This document shows positions 56,223 to 64,000 of a DNA stretch of 64,000 bases, one piece after another. The translations under genes and the position numbers were made by a program. Below the pieces are notes generated by a model. The model saw only the letters and a program-made list of their open reading frames with translations, made no database searches and was not told the origin of the DNA. The stretch covers positions 49,330 through 113,329 of the forward strand of contig BTUM01000019.1 in the NCBI GenBank assembly GCA_045863235.1, written 5' to 3'. Source of the DNA: Candidatus Xenobia bacterium. Lineage in GTDB: Bacteria > Vulcanimicrobiota > Xenobia > Xenobiales > QWHO01. Numbering within the stretch: the stretch's first letter is position 1; every line of letters starts with the position of its first letter.

Positions 56223-57514
56223 CGGCGCTTCTTGACTTTGACCGAGCCCACGATCAGGTACTGATCTTCCTCGCGCAGCACCATCTGCTGGTCGTCTTCG
56301 CGTTGCTTGCGCAGCTCCTCCACGCGTTTTCGGTCGGCATCGTCCACCAGGGCGTAGAGCCGCCCGTCATAGCTGCCCACGTAGACGGTGCCGTCCGGCC
56401 CCACCGTGGGCGAGCCGTTGACGTACTTGCCCGATTCGAAGCTCCAGCGCAGCTCGCCGCTCTGACCGTCGATGGCATAAACGTGGTGGTCATGGCTGCC
56501 CACGTAGACCGACCCGTTGGGTCCCACGGCGGGTGAGCCGAAGATGGAGCCGCCCGTCTCGAAGCTCCACTTCTCTTGATGGGTTTCAGGGTCGACCGCG
56601 TAGAGCTTGCCGTCGGCGCTGCCCAGATAGATGGTGCCGTCCGCTCCCAACGTGGGGGCGCTGCGGATGCCTCGCTCGGTCTTGAAGTGCCACAGCTCCT
56701 GGCCGCTACGGCTGTCCAGCGCATACAGCTTGCCATCCTCGCAGGGCACGTACAAGGTGTTGCCGTCTGGAGCCAGCACCGGCGCACCGTGCACGCTACC
56801 CTTGGTGTCGAAGTGCCAGCGCTCTTTGCCGTTCTCGGCATCGAGCGCATAGAGCCGGGCTCCCTCCAGGCCCACTCCCGAGCCGATGAACAGGGTCTTC
56901 TCGTCAGCCGACAGGGTGGGGGAGGCGTCGGCCGAGCGGTCGGTGTCGTCGATGGTAAACTTCCAGCGCTCGGCGCCGGTCTTGCCATCCAGGGCCTGGA
57001 TCGTGCCGAAGGCCGAGCCCACGAACACGGTGCCGTCGCTCTTCACGGCGGGCGTGCTCTCCACGCGCCAGCCCACGTTGCGACTCCAGCGCTCCTGCCC
57101 ATCCCTGGTATCCACCGCGTGCAGGATGCCGTCCAGCGAAGCCAGGTAGAGCATCTTGCCGTCGGGGCTGAGCCGGGGTGAGCCCCAGATCTCGCGGTCC
57201 ACCGGACAGGCCCACTTGAGCTTGGAGGTGCGAGCGTCGATAGCGTAGATCTTCTGATCGTGACTGCCCACGTAGAGCACACCATCCTTGCCCAGCAACG
57301 GACTCGAGAACAGGGCCGCCTGGGTGGGATAGGCCCACAGCTTGTGACGATCGATCTTCTCCTCGCCAAAGAGCACGCCGCCCGCCTCGCGCATCGAGAC
57401 CGAGCCCGGCGCGAAGGTATCGGCAGGCTCGGAAGAGCCCGATGCAGCCGCCGGCCGGGTCAGTCCGGGCGACATCCAACGCGTATGGGCGGCCTGCACC
57501 GCAAGGAGGCTCAC
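56219..57514 (-). CDS. PQQ-like beta-propeller repeat protein with C-terminal VGSV-basic tail
   Basis: Eight repeats of SP..xDG.xYVGS.D..LYAxD..G..xW; start uncertain (GTG 57514 or ATG 57475). Confidence 0.85.
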   Translation of the reverse strand: MSLLAVQAAHTRWMSPGLTRPAAASGSSEPADTFAPGSVSMREAGGVLFGEEKIDRHKLWAYPTQAALFSSPLLGKDGVLYVGSHDQKIYAIDARTSKLKWACPVDREIWGSPRLSPDGKMLYLASLDGILHAVDTRDGQERWSRNVGWRVESTPAVKSDGTVFVGSAFGTIQALDGKTGAERWKFTIDDTDRSADASPTLSADEKTLFIGSGVGLEGARLYALDAENGKERWHFDTKGSVHGAPVLAPDGNTLYVPCEDGKLYALDSRSGQELWHFKTERGIRSAPTLGADGTIYLGSADGKLYAVDPETHQEKWSFETGGSIFGSPAVGPNGSVYVGSHDHHVYAIDGQSGELRWSFESGKYVNGSPTVGPDGTVYVGSYDGRLYALVDDADRKRVEELRKQREDDQQMVLREEDQYLIVGSVKVKKRR

Positions 57515-57637
57515 GGGCCCCAGACTAACCGCCCCGGACCCCACAGGTTGTTTCCTCGATGCTACAGTTTGTCTGCCGGTCAATACCTCGAACAACCGTT
57601 TTATAGGAAGGCTCACCCCGCAGGCGAAGCATCCGCC

Positions 57638-58561
57638 GTGCAGGTGACGCGGTTTTTGTACGGGGAGGAACCCTTCACGGCGCGCTGGGGGGAGTTGGCT
57701 CTGCGCGAGCCAGGCAGCCAGACGGAGTGCTGGCTTCTCCCCGAGCGGGCCGGTGCCACTTCCGCCATGCTCCCCCTCCCAGGCCTGGGCCGGATGGGCC
57801 ACTTCGGGGCCCGCGACCGGGAATCGGCCGTGGCGGTGCTCGAGCATGCCACGAGGGCCCTGTTCGAGCAGGGCGCTCTCAAGGTGCTGGCCCCCATGGA
57901 CGGTACCACCTGGGAGCGCTACCGACTGGCTCTCAACGGCCCCCAGGACAGCTTTCTGGGGGAGCCCACCAATCCGCCCGAGTATGCCGCCTGGCTCGAG
58001 GCTGCCGGCTTTGGCCCCGATCAGCACTACACCAGCACCCTGACCACGGACCTCGAGCGCGTCTATCCAGAGCTCGAGCGGCTCGAGCGGCGTCTGGCCG
58101 GGCGCGTCGCCATCCGCCCGCTGCGCGACTTCGAATCCGAGCTCGAGAGCCTGCACGGCCTCTCGCTGGAGGCCTTCGCTCACAACGCCTACTTCACGCC
58201 GATCAGCCTGGCCGAGTTCAAGGCCCTGTATCGCCCTCTGGCCCCGCTGCTGCGAAACGAGCTGGTCCTGATCGCAGAGGAGGGACCCCGCCCGGTTGGC
58301 TTCGTGCTCAGCTATCCCGACCGCGTGCCCGGGCGGTTGGTGCTCAAGACTCTGGCCACCGCTCCCGATCGGCGCGGGCTGGGGCTGGGAACCGTGCTCA
58401 CCGCCCGCATCCACCAGGTCGCCTGCCAGCTCGGATTCAAACAGGTGATCCACGCCCTCATGCACAGCCAGAACCCGTCCCAGCACGTCTCCCAGCGAGC
58501 CTCCGCAGGACGGGCCCTGCTCTGGCGCCGCTACGCTCTCTACAGCCGGGGGGCCGCATGA
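57638..58561 (+). CDS. GNAT-family acyltransferase
   Basis: PMDGTTWERYR, EPTNPPEY, LKTLATAPDRRGLGLG acyl-CoA-binding motif, IHALM. Confidence 0.82.
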   Translation: MQVTRFLYGEEPFTARWGELALREPGSQTECWLLPERAGATSAMLPLPGLGRMGHFGARDRESAVAVLEHATRALFEQGALKVLAPMDGTTWERYRLALNGPQDSFLGEPTNPPEYAAWLEAAGFGPDQHYTSTLTTDLERVYPELERLERRLAGRVAIRPLRDFESELESLHGLSLEAFAHNAYFTPISLAEFKALYRPLAPLLRNELVLIAEEGPRPVGFVLSYPDRVPGRLVLKTLATAPDRRGLGLGTVLTARIHQVACQLGFKQVIHALMHSQNPSQHVSQRASAGRALLWRRYALYSRGAA

Positions 58562-60162
58562 GGGTCGAGGGCCGCGAATTCGCCCCCCCGGGCAGCTCCA
58601 GCCTGGAGGGACTCAATCCCAACATCGCCGCCCGTCTGCAAGATCGAGCCCGCGAGCAAGGGGACTGGCCGGCCCTGGTCGAGCGGCGCAGCCGACGGGT
58701 CACCTTCGGCGAGCTGGCCGAGCGGGTGGCCCGCATGGCCGGCAGCCTGGAGAGGAAGGGGGTCAAGCCGGGGCAGCGGGTGCTGATCTTCGTGCCCATG
58801 TCGATCGATCTGTACGCCGCCCTGCTGGCCACCTGTCACCTGGGCTGCACAGCCGTCTTCGTCGACGCCTGGGCCGACAAAGCCCGCCTGGAGGCCGCCC
58901 TGGAGATGGCCATGCCGGATGCCTTCCTGGGCATCCCCAAGGCCCACCTGCTGCGCTTTTTCAGCCCCCGACTACGCGGCTGCCCGGTGCAGCTGATGGT
59001 CGGCGGTCCCTTCGGCAAGTGGGAGCAGGCCGGTCCCAGCCGACCCGTGGCCCAGATGAGCGTGGAGTCGCCGGCCCTGGTCACCTTCACCACCGGAACC
59101 ACCGGCCGACCCAAAGCAGCTCTGCGCACGCATGGTTTCCTGTGGGCCCAGCACCGGGCCCTGACGGCCCACATGAAGTTGCGCGACGTGGATGTGGATC
59201 TACCCACCCTGCCCATCTTCGTGCTCAACAACCTGGCCAGCGGCATCACCAGCGTGTTGCCCGACTTCGACCCGCGTCGCCCGGCTGACATCGACCCCGA
59301 GCGGGTCTACCGCCAGATCCTGAGCGAGCGGGTGACCACCTCCAGCGGCTCGCCGGCGTTCTACAGCAAGCTATGCGCCTGGTGCCGCGAGCGAGGCCTC
59401 CACCTGCCGCTGCGGGCAGTCTTCACCGGCGGAGCGCCGGTCTTGCCCCCCCAGGCCCGCGAGCTGCAAGAGAGCATCGAGGGGAAGCTCCACGTCGTCT
59501 ACGGCTCCACCGAAGCCGAGCCGATCGCCGGGCTGGACGCCGAGGAGCTGCTGGAGGCCTCGGCTTCAGGTAAGGAAGGGCTCTGCGTCGGAACGCCGGT
59601 ACCCCAGCTCGAGCTCAAGCTGCTGCGCCCCTGGGACGGCCCCATCGAGCTCGACTACCGCGGCCTGGACTACTGGGAAGCAGCCCACGGCGAGGTGGGC
59701 GAGGTGGCCGTCGCGGGGCGGCACGTTCTGACCGGCTACCTCGACGACCCCGAGAGCGACCGACGGGGCAAGATCCGCCAGGGAGACCGCATCTGGCACC
59801 GCACCGGGGACGCGGCCCGGAAAGACCGCCAGGGTCGGCTCTGGCTGATGGGACGGGTTTCCGAGCGGGTGCAGCGCGAGGAGAAGGTGGAGTGGAGCAT
59901 GCCGGCCCAGATCCGCGCCCTGCGCGTCGAGCCGGTGCGCCACGCGGCTTACTTTGGCATGCCCGATCCGCTGCTGGGCAACCGGGCCGTGCTGTGCGTG
60001 GAGGCCCCCCGGCCCTGGTCGGATGACCTCTCCCGAAGGGTGCGAGCCGCGCTCCATCCGGTTCCGGTGGACGAGCTGCACGTGGTCGAGCACATCCCCC
60101 GCGACCCCCGCCATGCCTCCAAAACCGACCTGGCGGCCCTCAAGCGAGAGCTTTACGGCTGA
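58558..60162 (+). CDS. AMP-binding adenylate-forming enzyme (OleC-like)
   Basis: TFTTGTTGRPK, YGSTEAEP, WHRTGD, C-terminal PRDPRHASK; ATGA overlap with the GNAT. Confidence 0.9.
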   Translation: MRVEGREFAPPGSSSLEGLNPNIAARLQDRAREQGDWPALVERRSRRVTFGELAERVARMAGSLERKGVKPGQRVLIFVPMSIDLYAALLATCHLGCTAVFVDAWADKARLEAALEMAMPDAFLGIPKAHLLRFFSPRLRGCPVQLMVGGPFGKWEQAGPSRPVAQMSVESPALVTFTTGTTGRPKAALRTHGFLWAQHRALTAHMKLRDVDVDLPTLPIFVLNNLASGITSVLPDFDPRRPADIDPERVYRQILSERVTTSSGSPAFYSKLCAWCRERGLHLPLRAVFTGGAPVLPPQARELQESIEGKLHVVYGSTEAEPIAGLDAEELLEASASGKEGLCVGTPVPQLELKLLRPWDGPIELDYRGLDYWEAAHGEVGEVAVAGRHVLTGYLDDPESDRRGKIRQGDRIWHRTGDAARKDRQGRLWLMGRVSERVQREEKVEWSMPAQIRALRVEPVRHAAYFGMPDPLLGNRAVLCVEAPRPWSDDLSRRVRAALHPVPVDELHVVEHIPRDPRHASKTDLAALKRELYG

Positions 60163-61168
60163 AGGCCCGCAGCTCCTCGAGCCGGGTCCAGGCCGCGCCG
60201 GAATCGATGGCCTGGCCGGCCCGCACCAGCCCCTCGCGCATGTCCTCGACCAGGCGACCCGCCCACAGGGCGGCGGCCGTGTTCAGGAGCACGACCTCCC
60301 GGCGAGGGCCGCTCTCGCCCTCTAAAATCGCCTTCGTGATAGCGGCGTTCTCCTCGGGAGAGCCGCCCTGCAGAGCCTCGGGCGAAGCCGCCGACAACCC
60401 CAGCTCAGCCGGATCGAGTCGCAAGGTCTCCACCTGGCCCTCGGTCTGGCGCACCAGCAGGGAGGGTCCCTCCAGACCCAGCTCGTCCAGCCCCCCCGGG
60501 CCATGCACCACCAGGCAGCTGGTCACACCCAGCTCGGCGGCCACCCGCGCGACGGGCACGCACCAGCGCTCGGCGTAAACCCCGATCAGTTGCGATTCGG
60601 CCCGAGCCGGGTTGGAGAGCGGGCCGAGCAGGTTGAAGACCGTGCGCACGCCCAGCTGGCGGCGTACGGGTGCCACCGAGCCGATAGCGGGGTGGAAAAA
60701 GGGAGCGAAAAGGAAGCCCAATCCTACCTCTTCGATGCAACAGCGAACCAGATCGGGCTCCTGCAGCAGGGGGACTCCGAGGGCCTCGAGCAGGTCCGCG
60801 CTACCCGATTGAGAGGAGACCGAGCGGTTGCCGTGCTTGGCCACGGTGGCCCCGGCGCCGGCGGCCACCATGGCCACCGTGGTGGAGATGTTAAAAGTCG
60901 AGCGACCATCCCCTCCGGTGCCGCAAGTATCCAGCAACGGTCGCCGCGAGGGAGTGATGGCACGGCCAGCCGACCGCATGGCCTGCACGCAGCCGAGCAG
61001 CTCTTCCTCGCTCTCGCCTTTGACCCGAAGCCCCATGAGGAAGGCCGCCATCAGGGCCTCACCGGCGCGCCCCTCGATCATGTCCAGCACCGCCTCACGA
61101 GCTTCCCCGGCGCTCAGGGGGCGCGCTTCGCTCAAAAGGCGAATGGCGTGTTTGATGGCCTGGCTCAT
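60140..61168 (-). CDS. trpD: Anthranilate phosphoribosyltransferase
   Basis: DTCGTGGDG, FNIST, KHGNRSVSS.SGSAD, RTVFNLLGPL.NP, GLDE. Confidence 0.96.
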   Translation of the reverse strand: MSQAIKHAIRLLSEARPLSAGEAREAVLDMIEGRAGEALMAAFLMGLRVKGESEEELLGCVQAMRSAGRAITPSRRPLLDTCGTGGDGRSTFNISTTVAMVAAGAGATVAKHGNRSVSSQSGSADLLEALGVPLLQEPDLVRCCIEEVGLGFLFAPFFHPAIGSVAPVRRQLGVRTVFNLLGPLSNPARAESQLIGVYAERWCVPVARVAAELGVTSCLVVHGPGGLDELGLEGPSLLVRQTEGQVETLRLDPAELGLSAASPEALQGGSPEENAAITKAILEGESGPRREVVLLNTAAALWAGRLVEDMREGLVRAGQAIDSGAAWTRLEELRAFSRKALA

Positions 61169-61244
61169 CCGGCTGCCTTCGGCCGTGGCGGGTTAACAAC
61201 CTGGCAAAGAGTGGACCGGCCCGTCAATGTTAGGATGACCCCCG

Positions 61245-61838
61245 ATGGACGCCGCCCGACTGCCCTTTCCCCCGGAACCCCGCCTCAACCAGCTCTTGAT
61301 GGCCGCGCCCCGCGGGGTTCGGCCTGCCGGCGTGGTGGCCGGACGCATCTCGGGGGAAGAGTTCAGCCTGGAGGTCGTCAGGGGCAGCCAGGGCAATCGC
61401 AACCTGACCGGTTGTCTGGGCAACCAGATGCTCGAAGGCCGGGTGGAAGAGACGAACCAGGTGCGTCACTGCACCGGGGTGGGCCTCAGTGGCTCCTACG
61501 ACGTGACCAGCGAGCCCGTTGAAGGAGGGCGTCAGGCCGAGGGCTGGGTCGGTTCTCGCTCGCTCGAGCTCCGCTCCACGAACTGGGGAGCAACCGTCAA
61601 GATTGAAGGGCGCATCGGCCACGACCGGGTGGTCCTCACCCAGTGGACCCAGCGCGATGGCCATATGCTGAGCGGCTACATCGGCAACCGCAACATCTCC
61701 TTGCAGTCGCGGGTCGCACCCGGAGAAACGCCCCTCGAGCCGCTCGACTACCTGCCCCTTCTCGTGAAGCCCGAGCCCGAGTATCCGGTCCGCACCTACG
61801 CCTTCTCCAGCTCTTGCGGCATCGACGCGCTGGCCTAG
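61245..61838 (+). CDS. Hypothetical beta-rich protein
   Basis: Repeated 'xxGRIG/GYIG/GWVG' beta-hairpin-like units; no family recognised. Confidence 0.55.
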   Translation: MDAARLPFPPEPRLNQLLMAAPRGVRPAGVVAGRISGEEFSLEVVRGSQGNRNLTGCLGNQMLEGRVEETNQVRHCTGVGLSGSYDVTSEPVEGGRQAEGWVGSRSLELRSTNWGATVKIEGRIGHDRVVLTQWTQRDGHMLSGYIGNRNISLQSRVAPGETPLEPLDYLPLLVKPEPEYPVRTYAFSSSCGIDALA

Positions 61839-62277
61839 AGCGCCACGCCCTTTGACGCACTCTCCATCGCGCCGGAACTCCTGCCCGATCAGGAGGAGAG
61901 CACATTAGCGAGACTCGGACCCTCGCCCAGTGTGCACGATCGGCGGCCTCTTTGTGTGGCTTTTGACCAAGCGGCAGCAGCCTGGTAACTTGGAAACCGT
62001 GGTTGTCGATCCAAACATCAACCGCGTGATCCTGCCTTGGCTCGGGTCGCACTCTTTCCCGAAGGGTTGCCAGATCAAGCGCAACGAGCAGCGCTTTCAC
62101 AGTAACGAGTTCCGTTCATTGTCAGCCTACTATACTCAACCAATCAGCGTTCTCTTGGGCTTTCCTCTGTTGATATTCAAACTCAGAAGGACTCTCTGGC
62201 CACACCCTTTTCGATTCCTTCCAGTCGGGCTCGTGAGGGACTTTCACCCTCGGCCTTGGACCCATGCCCATCGCAAA

Positions 62278-62577
62278 ATGCACCAGAATCACGTCAACCG
62301 CCTCAAGAACGATCGGATGAAGCCGAGACCCGCCACTCTCGAGCGCTTGGCCGAGGTCTTCGGGATCACGGTCGAGGATCTGGTCGAGACCGCCGAGGCC
62401 GACATGCTTTGTCCTGGGCCAAGGAAGATCCCGAGCTCGCCGGCCTGGTGCAGCAGATCCCGCTGCTCGACGACGAGCAGAAGAACGCTCTGCGCTCGGT
62501 GCTGCGCGCTGCGCTCGATGGTCGCCTGTCAGCAGGTGCAACTGAGCGCTCGTGGGCGACAGCCCGCCCTGCGCTAA
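62278..62577 (+). pseudogene. Degenerate XRE-family HTH regulator
   Basis: HVNRL..RMKPRPATLERLAEVFGITVEDL (XRE C-terminal half); continues in another frame (EDPELAGLVQQIPLLDDEQKNAL); 7-bp duplication at 62501-62514. Confidence 0.6.
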
Positions 62578-62664
62578 CCGGATCGGCCGGACCGCTCCCG
62601 GCAGGCTCCCAACCCTCCCGAGCGCTTCGAAACGAATGCGCCAGGTCGAGGGCCGCGCGTTTCG

Positions 62665-62737
62665 AGCGGGTAGGCCGGTAGGTTGCCCTACCGACCTCCC
62701 ACACCACCGTACGAAGGGGTCACCTATACGGCGGTTC
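62665..62737 (-). ncRNA. Group II intron (class C) catalytic domains V and VI
   Basis: Minus strand GAACCGCCGTAT...GTACGGTGGTGTGGGAGG (D5 with CGC triad), then TCGGTAGG-GCAA-CCTACCGG-CCTACCCGCT (D6 with bulged A), right after the RT stop. Confidence 0.88.
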
Positions 62738-63945
62738 ATCGTGAAGGCGCAAGCCTGGCGTAAGTCTCGAGAAAGCTTACGAGTCCCAAATCGCTGAGCC
62801 ATCGCGTCGGGACTGCAAAGTTCATCTGCTTCATCGCCGAGTTGTGCCACGGGCCAAGCCCGTTGTTGGAGCACTTCTTGGCTTCGTCGGGGGAGAGCCC
62901 CCGGCGACAGAGTTCTTTGAGTCGGGTCTTCGGTTGCCGCCAGTGGCGCCAGAGTAATGCCCGCGCTCGATGGCGCAGCCATTGGTCCAGCAGCAGGAAG
63001 GTCTCCTTCACGTCCGACAAGCGGAAGTAGGCTGTCCATCCTTGTATCACCGGCTTGATGAGCTTAAAGGCTCCTTTGAGCGATTGGCCGCGACCAGTTC
63101 CAAAGAGCCGGCGCAGCTTCGCCTTCAGGCGCCTGAGGCTTTCAGGGGCTACCTTCAACCGCAGTTTACGCCCGGGCGTCACCGTGTACCCCAGAAACTT
63201 CCGCTTCCAGGGCCGATCGACCGCGCTCTTCTCCCGATTGACGTGCAGCCGTAACCGCCGCTGCAAGAAGCGTTCGAGAGAGGACAAAACCCGCTCACCG
63301 GCGGCCTTCGACCGCACATACACGTTGCAGTCGTCAGCGTAGCGGCAGAATCGGTGTCCTCTTTTCTCGAGCAGCTTGTCCAGGTCATCGAGCAGGATGT
63401 TGCTGAGCAGCGGGGAGAGGGGGTCCGCCTTGCGGAGTACCTTCTACGCGCGGCGACACAACGCCACCCTCCATGATGCCGGCCTGCAAGTAGCGGCGGA
63501 TCAGGAGCAACAGCTTCTTGTCCTCGATTCGGAACGCCAGACGCGCCATGAGCACGTCGTGGTTCACCCGGTCGAAGAACTTCTCGAGGTCCATATCCAC
63601 GACCCAGTCGTATCCGGCTCCGATGTGGTCACGGGACCGCGTCACCGCCTGGTGGGCGCTGCGCCCCGGTCGAAAGCCGAAGCTGGAGTCGGAGAAAGTT
63701 ACCTCGAACATCGGGCTGAGCGCCTGATGAATGGCTTGCTGAATCAATCGGTCGAGAACGCACGGGATGCCCAGCATCCTGGTGCCCTTGCCGTCCGGCT
63801 TGGGTATCTCAACCTTCCGAACGGGCTTGGGGATATAGGTGCCGGACAAGATCTCCTGGCGTATCCTGGCCCAGTGAAGTTGGCAGTAAGGCCACAGTTC
63901 CTCGACGGTCATCCCGTCGATTCCCGGAGCCCCGCCGTTCCTCAC
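62736..63945 (-). pseudogene. ltrA: Group II intron reverse transcriptase/maturase, frameshifted and 5'-truncated
   Basis: GAPGIDG, IPKPDG.RMLGIP, SFGFRPGRS, DLEKFFD, GTPQGG, then a +1 shift at the 63419-63423 run to PLSPLLSNI..RYADD, FLGY and maturase GWTAYF. Confidence 0.9.
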
Positions 63946-64000
63946 TATTGCTGCTCATCCTTTCTGGCCCCTGATCGCTTGCCAGAAATGGCCACACGGG

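Larger units (their letters stand above)
62665..63945 (-). mobile_element. Class C group II intron fragment
   Basis: RT remnant plus D5/D6; an in-frame TGA at 63955-63957 and non-RT sequence lie upstream of 63945. Confidence 0.85.

Noticed and set aside
56360..57300. Periodic DNA repeats
   Set aside because: Explained by the beta-propeller blade repeats of the protein.
57515..58486. N-terminal extension of the 755-aa propeller ORF and of the 811-aa ligase ORF
   Set aside because: Both extensions overlap the GNAT gene and lack motifs; starts were trimmed to about 57514 and 58558.
60140..61168. trpD as part of the HMGR cluster or the aromatic catabolic cluster
   Set aside because: Opposite strand and an ordinary housekeeping sequence; only proximity links it.
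61636..62100. 154-aa minus-strand ORF and the overlapping 61930-62577 ORF as intact genes
   Set aside because: No recognisable family; only the XRE-like segment is supportable.

Overview
High-GC bacterial chromosomal segment, almost fully coding, with about 62 genes. I saw no rRNA, tRNA or CRISPR array. The protein style suggests Candidatus Eremiobacterota/Xenobia, but that is a recollection I cannot verify here. Housekeeping genes (fabI, pta, secD/secF, thpR-recA-recX, trpD, peptidases, an osmoprotectant ABC transporter) are mixed with signalling genes (GAF-adenylate cyclase, Ser/Thr kinase, a REC-HD-GYP-TPR-BTAD hybrid, tandem PilZ) and an aromatic-acyl-CoA catabolic cluster whose AbmA-like enzyme is split into two genes. 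The best candidate for an undescribed system is a plus-strand biosynthetic-looking set at 46.5-60.2 kb: orphan class I HMG-CoA reductase, UbiA prenyltransferase, rifamycin-phosphotransferase-type dikinase, DUF3419/BtaA aminocarboxypropyl transferase, polyprenol-kinase-like membrane protein, GNAT and OleC-like adenylating enzyme. My hypothesis is that it makes an unusual amino/ether lipid. Other leads are a HisRS-like catalytic-core paralog that starts directly behind an in-frame amber codon, a shared C-terminal 'IGGV/VGSV+basic' tail on unrelated proteins, two families of short dispersed palindromic repeats, a DtxR-like operator, and a decayed class C group II intron at the right end. All calls come from reading motifs by eye; no database searches were run.
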